Part shown: one piece after another, positions 32,280-44,779 of the stretch | How the letters are laid out: the number at the start of each line of letters is the position of its first letter | Position numbering within the stretch: position 1 is the stretch's first letter | Source: Epithemia pelagica | Taxonomy: Eukaryota > Protista > Bacillariophyta | Direction of reading: 5' to 3' | DNA: 64,000 bases | Assembly (NCBI GenBank): GCA_946965045.2 | Contig: OX337231.1 | Location: 2,852,001 to 2,916,000, forward strand | Made by a program: the position numbers and the translations under genes | The notes under the pieces: model-generated | What the model was told of the DNA's origin: nothing | Database searches by the model: none | Seen by the model: the letters and a program-made list of their open reading frames with translations, nothing else

Positions 32280-35200
32280 TCACACATGTCCAATGTTGTT
32301 ATCCTCGAAGCCAGCTGAAGGCAGTTCTCGTGCCAACGTCTCAAGCTCGTTAGAGAGTGCTCTCTGTGCCATGTATAGTTCATTTTTCTCCTCCGACCAC
32401 TTGGCAACCTTCTGCCTGTAAAGCTACGTAATGGCATGAAAAGAGGGAGACTTGTTTAGAGTTTGAGTGTTCAATTGGAGATGTCCTGATATAAAAAAAC
32501 TCACCTGGTCTCTTTCGCGACAGCGCTGTTCCATCTCCGAGGCTTTCAGTTTGGACTTTTCCCTGGCTTCTCGCAGCTCAGAAATTAGTGAAGTTTGCCG
32601 CTCAGAAAATGATTCCCACTCTTCACACTTCCGAATCAGTTTAGTGGCGTATTCCTTTAACCTACGGCACTTGTTAGTCGATTCAGCCAGCGCAAACGAT
32701 TGATCTTTCATTGCAAGTTCTTTTTCTTCAACTTCTTTTGTGAGAATTAGAATGTTCCCCTGTGCAGCTGTCTTCTCTTCTGTAAGAGAGTCAACTCGTT
32801 CGTTAAGTTGTGTAATTTCCTTTTGAAGAGAAGTAGTGCTGATAGCGCTCTCGTTGTGGCATTGCTTGAGTTGTGCAGTAAGAGACCATACTTGTAAAGC
32901 GTATTCTTCGTTCAACAGAGTAATTGACTGGATCTTGTCTTCTTTCTCCTTCAGCATTATCTCTAGCTTTCGATAGCTCTGGATTTCTGTCTTCATTATA
33001 TTCAAAGCTTCGGTCATTTCCTGATTCTTGATCTCAGTTGCTTTCCGCCATTGTTGCTCTTTCTCTACCTGTGCTCCCAAGCTAAGTACTCGTTCTTCGG
33101 TATTTTGGTTGAGGGACTTCAATGATTCGACCTCAACCAAAAGTGATTGTTGAGATTTTGTCGTTTTTGTCAGCTTCTCGTTGCATTCAATCAGTGAAGA
33201 TTTCAACCTTTGTATGGCGTCACCTGATTCATCCAGTGCGCTCTGAAGACTCGAAATTTCGCCGTTCGCCTGGAGAAGCTTTGAATTGGAATCCTGAAGG
33301 CGCTTTCGAAGCTCATCGGCTTCACAAGTCTTGGCATGCATCAATGATTCTTTCTCTTTCAGCTTGTTTATGGTTTTCGAATTTTCTTCAAGTTCGCGAC
33401 AAATGCTTTGGTATTTTGACTCAACTTCCCTGTTATCTGCCATGTGTTGCTGAATTCGAAGTTCCAAAGCTTCAATCTGAGACGACTTCGACCTTACAGT
33501 CTCCTCCAACTGCTGGCAACGAAGATGGTCTTTCACAATTGATTCGCGTTGTGCTTTGTTTTCAACAAGAAGATGCTCACATCTGGCGGTTTCTTGGACT
33601 CGGGCTTCATAACTCTCCTGTGCTTCAAGCATAATACGTTCACGTTCATTTCCAATATCAACCAGCTTCATGTTCAGCCCATTTATCTCCGCCTCCCTCT
33701 CTTCCTGAAGATCAGTGGCACGTTTCTGAGCTAGGGACAGTGCGTCTGTCAAGTGATGGATTTCTTTCGTCTTCTCTTCCATCATGGAAATGTAAGAGTC
33801 GGTGTTCTCCTGAAGCATCTTGTTTTGTTGTATGAGTGCATGTAGGGCTTGAACCAGCTCCTCTCCAGCAGAACAGTCCAACAGCTTCGAGATCTCAGCA
33901 ATCACAGCGGACTCTCCAGGCATCGTCGGTAAGTCCTCACTGGCACCTTGCATCTGGTTCTCTAAGGTAGCCAACAAAGACTCCGAAGTCTTGCACCGTT
34001 CTTCTAGCACGGCTACTTGTTCCGTCAGTGTAGATTTTTCTGCGAACATTAAGTCTCGTTCCAACTGAACTTTGTCATATCTTGTCCGGACAGATTGCAA
34101 GTTTTCTACAAGCCTCAGGTATTGCTCTTCTTGCGACGACAAGTCGCTGTGGCAACTTGCTTTCGAAACATCTTTGCCTGGAGCCTGATCCTGGGAGCTC
34201 TCATTTCGGTCGTGGAGAGCACTCTTTTCCCTCTCGAGATTCTCCGTACCTTCAACAAGGTCGTTTTTCTCCTTGAGATTTTTGGAATCGCATCTGTTTT
34301 GGTCGTTGGGACTATCCACCGGATTCTTCGATGGAGTGGCATCGGAAACCGAGAGGAAAGTACTGTCTAGAATGTGAGAAATCCCTGCAATAGAGTGCAT
34401 TGATGTGCAGTTGGTTGTAGGAGTTTTCTCTCTCGCTTCTTCCATGCGCTCAAGATCACAAGTCATGTTCAGAGGCGATGTTTTTGACAACAACTGAGCC
34501 GTAGGGCTTTCGACTTCATTGACGACTTGAAGCGAAGGGGAAAGCAACATCGTCCCTAGTAGTTCAGAGTACACTGTCGTTCCACCACGGCTTAGTAGAG
34601 CCTGTGAGTACGGCGTCGAGCTAACATGTTCATTTTGTTTGGTTGAGTCAGCGGAAATGTCGACCTTGTCAACGCTGATTGTGTGGTCATTTGATGATTG
34701 AAGTAGGTTGACCTTTTCCGTCAGAATCTGCAATCGACTGCACAAAATTTTCACCTTTTCTTCCATACGCCATCTCTCTCCATCAAGCTCAGCGGAGGCC
34801 ACCTTTACTGATCCGGCAATTCGGGCCATGAGAGTTCTAGATTCTTCAGTTGAAGCTGTAAGGCGTTCCTCAGCCTTGACAAGTTGCGCTTCCTTTTCCT
34901 GAATGCGTCGATCCATATCTGCGAGCCGGGCATGACTTTCTGTATTAACCTGTTCTAAATCCTCCATCATCTGCATTTCCCGTAGTCTCAATTTTGACAC
35001 TTCCTCTTCAAGATCAGACTTGGCTTCCACCAATTCCTCTTGTCTGGCTTTGGCGTTCTGGAGATCCTTAGCGCTTCCTCGCAACTCGTTCTCCAACTGC
35101 AACATATGGCTTTTCAACTCTTTCTTTTCAAGATCGTTCTTTGTCAGCTCATCTGCTTTGGCTGTCAAGGACATCTGTTCAAGTTCGACTTTAGATTTCA

Positions 35201-37295
35201 TGCATTCCTCAAGTTCTAGTCTTGTTGCCCGTGAAATCTCTTTTTGGTGAACCAACTCATCTCGTGAAATACCAAGGTCTCTTGTGACCACGATGAATTC
35301 TTCCTTGGATTTCTCTAGATCAGTACGAAGTTGAAGGACCAAGTTTGCTTGCGCCTCTTCGGATTCTTTTTGCTTAGTCATGAAGTATCCTAACTCCTGT
35401 GCTAGCGCGCCTCGCTGTTGTTCTGTTTTCTCCAGTTCGGTTTCTGATTGATGCAACTGTGACTGTAGGGTATCCACCTTCTGTTCAACTTTCTTGAGGA
35501 ATCCATCTTTTTCCTGAAGAATTGTAGACAGTTTCTCAAGCTCTACTCGTGCATTAGTATCAAGGGTGCGCATGCGGTCGTTTTCAGATACCAAGTTTGA
35601 TATCTCCAGGGAGGCTCTCTCGTACTTTAGACGAAGATCGGACAGTAACGCACTCTCGTCATTGTGGATCTTTACAAGTTGGTCCCGCAAACTCGTCAGC
35701 TCGTCTTCCATTCCCATTTTTGAGCGTTCCATTTCATCGAGATTAGCGCGTGCATCCTTTGCGTTACGGAGCGCTTCGGTCAACTTGTCGGAGAGTATTT
35801 CGTTTTCTTCCAGGGCTTTCTTAAGCTTTTCGTCTTTGGTAACGGCAGACGCCTGCTGCTGAAACTGCTGTTCGATTTCGGACGAAAGGGCTTCATGGAG
35901 CCTTTCTGACTGGGCAAGGGCCTTTTGTGCGTCGGACAATTCCGACTCCAAATCAAGAACAGTCTTTTCCGATTGCATGAGCGACTTCTTTGTATCCGAC
36001 AAGGCAGCTTCGGCGTCGGCGGCACGCTTTGCTGCATCTTGAAGTTCGGCTTGAGTCGACCGTTGATTCTCTACTAGCTCAGCGAGTTTGCGTTCTGATT
36101 CGACTCGAGACCTGTCTGATTCAGATAGGTCTTGTTCCATCCTTTCTATCCTCTTCCCAGTCATTTCGAGTTGTGCTTCAACGGCGATATGAAGTTTGGT
36201 TTTGTCGGCAAGTTGGGAAGTCAATTCAGTCATTTCGTCCTTTGTGGACTTGCATGTTTCCTGAAGCAATTCCACTTCTTTTTCCAAGGCCCGCTTTTGT
36301 TCCGAGAGTTCAACGCAAGTTTGATCGGCAAATCGGACTTCCTTCACAAGTGTTTTATTGCGTTCCCACAGCGAATCCGACATGGGAGTTCGTGGGGTAC
36401 TTGCCTTGGGTGTTGTCGGGGCGTGAGGTGATGTGGCTTGCAGCAGCTGGAGTTGCAAACGTTGGCACTTGAGTTCCGCCTCTTCTCGACGACGGGCTTC
36501 TTCCTTCACTTGATTCTGCGCCGACTGGACGTCTTCCTGGAGTTCCATTATCCGTTTCAGATAGGCCTTAGTCTCATCCAGAGCAATGTGACTCGAATTG
36601 CTCTTAAATGTGGAAAAGGGCGAAACAGACTTTGGCGAGACAGGCAGAGGGCTGAGACTTGTCGGAGTTGGAGCGTCCAGAATCTCGTCTGTTTGTTGTC
36701 GAATTTTTTCATATTCGTCATCGCTGGGGACCATGTCATCTCGTAGGAGGGATCCGGGTGTAGCAGTGGGTCCTTCCTTCTGCCACTCTTGGTAGAATCG
36801 AGTGGGTGTTGTGAACTGCGTTTTGCCGGGAGTTCTGGTGACTGGAGTATCATGTTTGGCTGTCTCGATAGACATGTTCAATAGAGCAGCAAGGGCATCC
36901 GTTGAAACTGTATTCGTGCCCTCTTCCCCGTCGACTTTGCCAGCCTTACGTTGTCCCTCAATGTATCGTTCCATCATGGCCCAATACGAACCGTCACTGT
37001 CCACAGGAAGGGGAGACTGGGAGGCTTTGAGCTTGGACAAGGGCGAAGACGACAAAGCGTCATCCACAGCTTGGTTCTCGTCGTCGAGACCATCCTCGCT
37101 CAAGGTAACTGTGGGAGGAAGAGGTTCAAAATCAGCATTCTCATTTGTGATGACAACAAGTTTGTTTCCTTTGCTGTATGTATTGCTACTAGATCCCACT
37201 TCTTCCGACCGTTCTTGTGGCATCGGTTCTGAATTGAAGTCGTCGCCACCTACCTCTTCAGCTGGTCCATTCTTCTTTTGAAGCTTCTGCTCCAT
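32280..37295 (-). CDS. Very long coiled-coil protein (~1650 aa), function unknown
   Basis: 1643-aa ORF rich in E/K/L/Q heptads; 3' intron ~32420-32504 and short last exon ending ...NNIGHV*. Confidence 0.8.
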
Positions 37296-37778
37296 CTTTT
37301 GTCGCAAAATCCCCGTGCGCTGAAACAACAACATGAAAACGACAAGGTAAGCCAAACTGGACAGGATGATGCCTCAACACAACAGGAAATGAATGCAATT
37401 GGAAGCAAGGGACAAGTTCCTACCTGGTATGCCTTTCCAATCATGGCAGTCTATTGATGCAGAAATCGAACTTGTTTGTGAAGCCGTCCTTGTTTGTTAA
37501 TATAGATGATGGACTTGAGCGGACTCCTACGAATCCAGAGCAGAGAGGTCGATGTCGTCGAAAGAGAGGTGCATCGAAAGCAGTTGGTTCGAATTGCCAA
37601 TGCTAGTTGCGCCAGTTACCGCGCTCAAAATTTGGGGGGAATCAAGACGGGTCTGGCGCTTGCGCGCATGGGGAGTGTCAGTTTCTCTCATCTTGGCTTC
37701 CGGTCACCCAAATCTCTCCCAGCCGTTTCATTCTCGAATACACCAAACTCATTTTCAAGTTCTCACAACACAACAACC

Positions 37779-40313
37779 ATGACGGTCTCGTCTTTATGGA
37801 AACTTTTGGACGACGCCGGGTGTGGTACAGCAGTGGGTGTCCGAGAGATTATATCCAATAGTACTGGAGTCCCACTAGAAGCTGTGAATCCTTGGAATGT
37901 AAACGAACTCAAGCAGAAACATGCTTGTGCAACGACACAAACACCGACAACGCTGGCTGTTGATCTTTCCATATGGATATGCGAGTCACTAAGTATGGCT
38001 GGGTCGTATGACAATCATAACAACCCTGCGCTCCATCTCGTTTTTACTCGGACCGTAAAACTTCTTTCCTATGGAGTCAAACTGATTTTTGTCCTTGAAG
38101 GAAAACGGCGTATTCGAACTGTGAGTGGGACTCAAGAGAAGCTTCAGAAACGAAGAAGCGGAACTGATTTCTGGAAATCCTGCCGTGATTGCAAGTCCAT
38201 GCTTGAGATGCTAGGTGTACCGGTCTTTCAAGCCAAAGCAGAAGGAGAGGCATTATGTGCTCTTCTCAATCAGAGAGGAATTGTTGATGGAGTGATTTCG
38301 AATGATGGCGACTGTCTTTTGTTCGGGGCTCGCGTTTTATACACACGCTTTTCTATTGAAAATGTGGAGAATTCAAAAGTCATTCGTTATGACTTGGATA
38401 AGCTTTCTGGTCGCATACGCGCAACGGACGCCGACGATGTTTCGCCAGAGGAGACAGGATTAGTCTCGCTCACTCGAAGCGACCTTATCTCATACGCTAT
38501 TCTAACAGGAAGTGACTTGGCGGGAAATGGATTACCCAAGGTCGGGTCTTTCAAGGCAATGCGGTTCATTCGCAAGTGCAAACTCGACAATCCCTTCCGA
38601 ACGGAAACAGCCTCCGTCGATGAGCTGGTTGCTTGGGAAAAAGCTGCAAGATTCATTTGTAACCCTTGCAAGCTTGAACCAGAAGAGGGCAAAGCGGAAA
38701 AAGCGCAGGGCTGTTGCTCACGCTGCTGTCACGCGGGTGACAAGCGATCCCATGAAAAGTATGGTTGTAAGGAATGTGGTACAGAACCTGGGGAGCCATG
38801 CTGGGTGTTCGGGACGGAGGACCGATTTCGCAAGAATTTGCGGACTAAAGCGCTCCTGATGGAGCCCAAGTTTGCACCATCTCAAGTCATGAAAGCATAC
38901 ATGAGCCCGAACGATAATCAGATCCCATACAATCTTGTTGGGTTCACATCTAGAAGTGTTGCAATGCGTCCGCCCGACGTTGACAAGCTGGTCGACTCGA
39001 AGCTCATTATAAAGGGGAAAAGTCATGAGAGCAGCACTGCATTTGTCAAAAATGTCCTTTGGAGATTGATATCCCGACTGGAAATGCTTCGGATATGCAG
39101 CGGAGAGCAAGTCGAACAGAACCCAGCCCAAGCAACTTCCGTGAAATTCTCTCGCTCGCGTCCAGAACCGATTCAAATCACGAAAGTGACCACGAAGAAA
39201 GACATTGCATTTTATGAGGTGAAATGGAAGGTTAATTCCACGATCACCGACGAGGAAGGCGATGGCGTAGATGGGTACGAATATTCCACTTTGGAGCCAC
39301 AAGACATAGTCAAGAAGTGTTTTCCTCAACTTGTTCAGCAGTATGAAGCAGCTGAAAAAGAACAGTTGAAGCAAGGAGATGGGCAGAAAGAGACCCGTCG
39401 CCTTTTCCTGCAGTCCCTTCGTATTGATGTCGAAGATCCCGAGGACGACGAAGCTGTTAAGCATGAACACAAGTCCCCCGGAAAACGAATCAAAGGATAT
39501 GTCAAGAAGCGTGAAGCATTCTTCAAGACAAAAGGGTATCGACCCAAAATTCGGAATGCTCGTTCCAAGAGAGCCAAAACAGAAAACGAGGCAGCTCGTC
39601 TCATTCGATGCATTGGTCGGTATGCCTTTGGGCACATTGAAGAACTTGATGAAGAACGAATCCCCAATGACGACCGAAATCTGGCAGAAAGGCCCGTTAA
39701 CGTTGAAATTCCCAGTAAGGTCGCAAAACCCCAAAAGGTCGCAAAGCCCTATAAATCAACCAGTTCGATTGAATCTAGAGAAGATCCATTCTTAAGCAGA
39801 GATCAAACACGATGCAACGAGGGATATCTATGTTTGAAGAAGAAGAACGACAAGGATCACCATGTTGAAAACACAAAGAAGTGCGACGTTCCAACAGTTA
39901 TCCTCGTACCAACAGTTGCGTCACAAGCTTGCAGCGAGACGAGATACACGACTGGGGGTCAGTTTGAAGATGCCGTTGAGTCTGGATATGAGCACAAAAG
40001 AAGCAACTCTTCAGCTCTTGGTAAGGATGAAAACATGGTCCATCGTATTAAAACCGACATGTGCAATGAAAATCAGAGAGGCCCTGATGCTGAATCAATC
40101 CGTCACAAGCGCTGGACGCGCTCTTCAGTGCACGTTGATATTACAGGCGAGAACTTGCATGAATCCCAAGTCGCATGCGAAGGACGAGCATCACTGCACG
40201 GTACAGATGGCAAAATATTTTGGTCTCTAGGAGGATTCTTCCTCGCAATGTCTCCGATTCGGGCCTCTAATGCAGAAGATCCTCCAGGAATTCATCTCAG
40301 TTCCTGGGAATGA
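37779..40313 (+). CDS. GEN1: XPG/Rad2-family nuclease, GEN1/Yen1-like Holliday junction resolvase
   Basis: MTVSSLW, LAVDLSIWICE, FVLEG, AEGEALCA, ISNDGDCLLFGA, LTGSDL H3TH motif; chromodomain-like YEVKW. Confidence 0.8.
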   Translation: MTVSSLWKLLDDAGCGTAVGVREIISNSTGVPLEAVNPWNVNELKQKHACATTQTPTTLAVDLSIWICESLSMAGSYDNHNNPALHLVFTRTVKLLSYGVKLIFVLEGKRRIRTVSGTQEKLQKRRSGTDFWKSCRDCKSMLEMLGVPVFQAKAEGEALCALLNQRGIVDGVISNDGDCLLFGARVLYTRFSIENVENSKVIRYDLDKLSGRIRATDADDVSPEETGLVSLTRSDLISYAILTGSDLAGNGLPKVGSFKAMRFIRKCKLDNPFRTETASVDELVAWEKAARFICNPCKLEPEEGKAEKAQGCCSRCCHAGDKRSHEKYGCKECGTEPGEPCWVFGTEDRFRKNLRTKALLMEPKFAPSQVMKAYMSPNDNQIPYNLVGFTSRSVAMRPPDVDKLVDSKLIIKGKSHESSTAFVKNVLWRLISRLEMLRICSGEQVEQNPAQATSVKFSRSRPEPIQITKVTTKKDIAFYEVKWKVNSTITDEEGDGVDGYEYSTLEPQDIVKKCFPQLVQQYEAAEKEQLKQGDGQKETRRLFLQSLRIDVEDPEDDEAVKHEHKSPGKRIKGYVKKREAFFKTKGYRPKIRNARSKRAKTENEAARLIRCIGRYAFGHIEELDEERIPNDDRNLAERPVNVEIPSKVAKPQKVAKPYKSTSSIESREDPFLSRDQTRCNEGYLCLKKKNDKDHHVENTKKCDVPTVILVPTVASQACSETRYTTGGQFEDAVESGYEHKRSNSSALGKDENMVHRIKTDMCNENQRGPDAESIRHKRWTRSSVHVDITGENLHESQVACEGRASLHGTDGKIFWSLGGFFLAMSPIRASNAEDPPGIHLSSWE

Positions 40314-40480
40314 GCTTGACACTCTCAGGTGGGGTATACGCAAAGTGATCGTCCTGAAGTCTTCCGATACTGTTGCCTTATCAATAGACGAGTAAATCAC
40401 CACTTTGTAAACATGTGATATAACAGATAACGCGTCTTCACCAAGACTCTCGTTGAAGTGTCCTGAAAATTGTTTTGTTC

Positions 40481-42319
40481 TTAGGAAGAAGGCAGGACTC
40501 TGACATCTCCCTTTGAATCCATTTCCACTCGCACACCCATGGATTGCAGCTCTGTGGACTGGACTGGTTGTTGCGCTTCAAGCTCGGCGAGGACTTTTTG
40601 ATTGGCATCATTGTTCTGTAAGAGATAGCGAATTGCTACAAGGCACCATTCTCTTAGCGTGAAACAAGTATGAGAAAGAGAGGTGGTGGAGAGAATTACA
40701 TGTAGTGCCGATCGCTCATTCATCTCTTTTTCATCTCCGTTCACATTCATCTCTTTTTCATCTCCATTCAAAGGGTTGGGTATTTTGGTAGTTCGTACCA
40801 AGTCTTGATTGGAACGACACTCAAAGGTAAGATTACCAATTGTCCGTACGAGTGCAATGAGGGCCTCTTGGTGTGCGGTCGACAGCTCGTGTTTGTCACG
40901 TCCCTTGTTGTTTATGATTCTTTGTATGCTGGTCACAGAGTCGTATACCTCAGCCAAGTCCGTACACAACTCCTGTACCATGGTCGTACGCGTCCCTAAA
41001 CTCGTCCGTATTCGCCTTGTAATAGAATCATCTACTCCTAGAACACATCCCATGATATGAACAATGGTCAACAGAATGGCGTTTCCAAGTATAGGGGATT
41101 GCTCCTCTGCTTTGTGGTTCGTGTCCATGGATGCAACGATAGTCCTCAATTCCGAGTACACGTGCGCCAAGAAGAGCATAAACTCCATTGCATGTTCTTG
41201 TGTAGAAAACAAGGCTTGTAGGCTTGTTGTACCATCACCTTGTGTCGCTTGTTCCAGTTCGCTTCTTAGACAGTACAAGACAGCCACATGTTCGGGCAAT
41301 ATACCAGAGATTGATCCTATGGAATCGTAGGCCATTGGGAAATACCCATGTCGCAGCAAGTACATGAAGACATTTGAGATCCACAAGGTGGCATCATCGC
41401 CTGCCGTCTCTTTGTCGTTTGGAAGCGTCGAAGAACCAATCAAGGTGGTAACGACAGTGGAGGAAACAAGGTGCCGCACCAAGGCCGACACGAAAAGGCC
41501 ACTTTCCGCAAAGGACCTGGCAAACTGGTTGGGTGAAACTTGCGTTTCGGTAGGACTGGCGTCGTCGTTGTCGGTCTGTTGGGTGGTTGAGCATGCAATG
41601 AGAGAATTATAAATTGTGGCCACGAGTGCCGCCAATGTATCTCGAGAGTCTCCTGCCGACAGTACCATGTCCAACCAGTTGAGTTCGGACGCAACGTCTT
41701 GATTGTTCTGGTCATTAGCGTTCCTCTCCTTCGTTTGATCCAGAGAAAGGCTATGTTGAACATCCTGCGCAATCCTTGCTTCCACCACTTTGTCACTTGG
41801 TTGAGGGGTCAGGGTGGACAAGAGTATCGTGGAGGTTTGCTGATTCTGAGTCACGAGATTACAAAGCAACCGTGCCATTGAGAGTCGTATTTGAGATTCT
41901 CCAACACTGCCTTGTGGTCGCATCCTCAACAAGCGAATCATCCAGACATGAGCGCAGGAGTGTACCATGAGTTGCTCTTGAATCGCTTGTCGAGTATCAG
42001 TGTCGTCCACCGACAAGCACGAAAGACCAAACCGCAAGGCATTCCTCGTAGAGAGGGAAAATTGTTTGAGGTCTTTTCCTTTGTTATTTTCGGACAAGGA
42101 ATGATAATATTCGCGCAGTTGTTCTGTCAACGAAATCAAATGTGGTTGGAAGGTGACCAAGAAGGTGTTCCACTCTTGGGGTCGTCCTTCTCCATTCTTC
42201 TTCAAGGAATCTCGTTCCAAACGACTCTTTTGGATCAAACCTGTCCATGTTTCAGCAGAGGGTGTGGACGACTCATGTTTGGTGTCCGACGACGGCAGCA
42301 CTTGTGCTTGTTGCGCCAT
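40481..42319 (-). CDS. Ataxin-10 domain ARM-repeat protein
   Basis: C-terminal LVRTIGNL..NQDLVR...TLREWCLVAIRYLLQNNDANQKVLAELE; includes a 27-bp tandem duplication (MNVNGDEKE) at ~40718-40770. Confidence 0.8.
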   Translation of the reverse strand: MAQQAQVLPSSDTKHESSTPSAETWTGLIQKSRLERDSLKKNGEGRPQEWNTFLVTFQPHLISLTEQLREYYHSLSENNKGKDLKQFSLSTRNALRFGLSCLSVDDTDTRQAIQEQLMVHSCAHVWMIRLLRMRPQGSVGESQIRLSMARLLCNLVTQNQQTSTILLSTLTPQPSDKVVEARIAQDVQHSLSLDQTKERNANDQNNQDVASELNWLDMVLSAGDSRDTLAALVATIYNSLIACSTTQQTDNDDASPTETQVSPNQFARSFAESGLFVSALVRHLVSSTVVTTLIGSSTLPNDKETAGDDATLWISNVFMYLLRHGYFPMAYDSIGSISGILPEHVAVLYCLRSELEQATQGDGTTSLQALFSTQEHAMEFMLFLAHVYSELRTIVASMDTNHKAEEQSPILGNAILLTIVHIMGCVLGVDDSITRRIRTSLGTRTTMVQELCTDLAEVYDSVTSIQRIINNKGRDKHELSTAHQEALIALVRTIGNLTFECRSNQDLVRTTKIPNPLNGDEKEMNVNGDEKEMNERSALHVILSTTSLSHTCFTLREWCLVAIRYLLQNNDANQKVLAELEAQQPVQSTELQSMGVRVEMDSKGDVRVLPSS

Positions 42320-42685
42320 GGTCGACAAAAGAGATGAGGATGTGAGGCGGTCGCGAAACCATGTAGGGTGCACGTTTGAAAAAGATTTTAGAACTTTAAA
42401 TCTGCCCCTCATTTTTTGTTTCTGACACTTATCTCATTTCGAGAAGACGAACAAAGAACAGAGGAGCATTGAGTTGTCATGAATGCAACAAAGCTCTTTT
42501 GGAAAGTTGGATCTCCGATTCCAGAAGAGTTGTCGAAATGCCCTGATCTATTTGCCAGTAGTCTTGTTCCGCGTGAGTAAGCATGGCAACACTTTGTCAC
42601 AAATCCAAGACAACCATCTCACCCCACACTCTTTTTCTCCTCGTGGATGGTACTTGCCATTTCTCATCACTGTTGCTAAACAGGC

Positions 42686-44029
42686 ATGCTGGCATGGTTT
42701 ACGGTTGATCACCAACGGGTGGCACTCCTGGAGGGGTACAGTGGTGGATCCTACACTCCTCCCAGTTTGTTTTTTGCCGCGTCGGCATTGCCCCAGGACT
42801 TTGTCCACACATTGCGACAAACCAAACGCTGTACACTTTCCATGGCCACCATCCGAGACCCTCCCTTGGCATTTCAAAAGGCCGCCACAACGAGTTGGAG
42901 TCAACGACCGACATCGTATACATTGGAGGATTTGGGATTGGAAGCTGCCAAACCCAAAGAAAATTACCCGAGTGCCATTGCAACATCACCAATTCACATG
43001 CATTGCAGTTTGGAAAACTATGTGCCACTCGAGAATGAGCATGCGCAACCTTCGACTGGGAACTTTGACGAATCCTCGGAAGCAATGATTGTACTACTCG
43101 TGGAGTCTTTTGTGATTAGTGGATCCATCTTATCTCCACCCACCGAAGCCATGAAGAAGCGACCTGGCGTTGTGGCCAAGATTGACGCCCAACTCATTCA
43201 ACCAGTCGTGAGTGTGGGACACGGAGGAAAGATATGCCCGTTAAAGGCCATTCACAGCATGCCTCGTCCCGTCAAATCACAAGATACAACAACAACTACC
43301 AATGAGGGAACCGAGACAGCGAACGTACAATGGTCATCAACAGACTTTGATTTGGCCGAAACCACATTGGGACCGGGTGGATTCGATACCGTAGAGTGGA
43401 ACTTTCGAGAGCATGGCGGCACGAGTCCGTTGGGCTACAATGCAATCACAGCTTTGGTCATGCCTCGACCCATTGGATGGATCTCGACCTTTTATACTGA
43501 CGACACCACCACCACCAACAACAACAACAACGAAAGCAATGACGACTCAAAGTTGACGCACTTGGCGCCTTACTCCTTTTTCTGCAATGTGTCGAGATCG
43601 CTCCTATGCCCTGTTGTAGCTTTCTCGGGCTTTCAAAAGAATGGGGAAATACCCAAGGATGCACAAAATGACGCACAACAAACGGGCTTCTTCTCCTACA
43701 ACATGGTCACGGAGGACTTGGCAGTTCCCATGAATCTCAGCGCGGCCGAGTTGCCTCGGGACCAGAGTGAATTTGCATTGGCAGGACTGGAGGTAGGAGA
43801 CGCGGCCTTTGTCAACGCACCAATTGTGAAGGATTCACCTATTCACTTGGAATGCCAATACATCAGGTCTGTTCCAATTGGAAGCTTTTGTCTTGTCCTC
43901 GGTCGCGTCGTTGGAATTGACGTGTCGACGAGCGTTGTCACGGACAAGCAGATTGATGTGGCAAAGTTAAAGGCAATTACCAGGCTGGGGTTTATGGATG
44001 AGTATGGAACCTTGGATATAACCAGTTAG
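42686..44029 (+). CDS. Flavin reductase-like (DIM6/NTAB family) protein, probably two tandem domains
   Basis: ALVMPRPIGWIST, HLAPYSFF, SEFALAGL, PIVKDSPIHLEC, LVLGRVV; a possible upstream exon starts at 42583. Confidence 0.8.
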   Translation: MLAWFTVDHQRVALLEGYSGGSYTPPSLFFAASALPQDFVHTLRQTKRCTLSMATIRDPPLAFQKAATTSWSQRPTSYTLEDLGLEAAKPKENYPSAIATSPIHMHCSLENYVPLENEHAQPSTGNFDESSEAMIVLLVESFVISGSILSPPTEAMKKRPGVVAKIDAQLIQPVVSVGHGGKICPLKAIHSMPRPVKSQDTTTTTNEGTETANVQWSSTDFDLAETTLGPGGFDTVEWNFREHGGTSPLGYNAITALVMPRPIGWISTFYTDDTTTTNNNNNESNDDSKLTHLAPYSFFCNVSRSLLCPVVAFSGFQKNGEIPKDAQNDAQQTGFFSYNMVTEDLAVPMNLSAAELPRDQSEFALAGLEVGDAAFVNAPIVKDSPIHLECQYIRSVPIGSFCLVLGRVVGIDVSTSVVTDKQIDVAKLKAITRLGFMDEYGTLDITS

Positions 44030-44087
44030 AAAGATTGAATTCTCCTTTATCCCTAAAACATGGATCACTACCAACAATACCATTTCG
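43884..44087 (+). repeat. Direct repeat copy 1 (3' end and UTR of the flavin reductase-like gene)
   Basis: ~200 bp closely matching 46966-47167. Confidence 0.9.
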
Positions 44088-44109
44088 CGGTGTAGCAATA
44101 TTTGATAGA

Positions 44110-44433
44110 TCAATGAGATGACATTGCGGGAAGAGTGTCGGCGGAGTCTTTGGCATAATGAAGTCCGAGGACAAATTGAGGGATTGTCTTGAAGGTTTGG
44201 TAGTCGGTAAGTCGATCCAAATTTTTAAGAAACTTGGCAGTAACGCTGTGCACAAACGAGTCGTCTCCAGTGGTCGACAACAGTTGCAAGACGTCAAGAT
44301 AGAGTTCAGGGTAACAATCTCGCACATAAACGGTCTTCCTGGTCATAAAGTAGCTCTCAGGCACTCCTTGAGGTTTCTTGATGCAAACAGCGTCGGACAT
44401 AGGAAACTTCATTTCCTCGCCATTGTTCCCCAT
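44110..44433 (-). pseudogene. Remnant of a Crinkler/RHS-like NTPase gene
   Basis: VYVRDCYPELYLDVLQLL resembles the segment preceding Walker A in CRN-type NTPases, but no Walker A follows and upstream frames are broken. Confidence 0.4.
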
Positions 44434-44779
44434 TCTTCTTCTTTTGTTCTACCGTGGACTCCAGCGACTCCCCTTGCGAACATGAAGAAGAGAAGCACAC
44501 TTGTTCTCTCGATACGAGTGATAAAGTGCCGCGCGACGCGATTCGGAAGAAAGTTCGGTGAGCATAAGCCCATGTTGGTCCCAACGAAAAATCGTAAAAT
44601 TTTTTATTTTTTGAAGCAACCACGATCCCACCAGCCGTCTTGGCGCTCTCCTGGACCATTGCCCTCCTCCTCCGCGCCGGGCGGTCCCTCCTTGAAAGGA
44701 CTCGACATCGACACCGGGAATTATTAGAATACTTACACAATCCTTTATTATCATCAACAACAACGAGTGAGTCGGAGCA

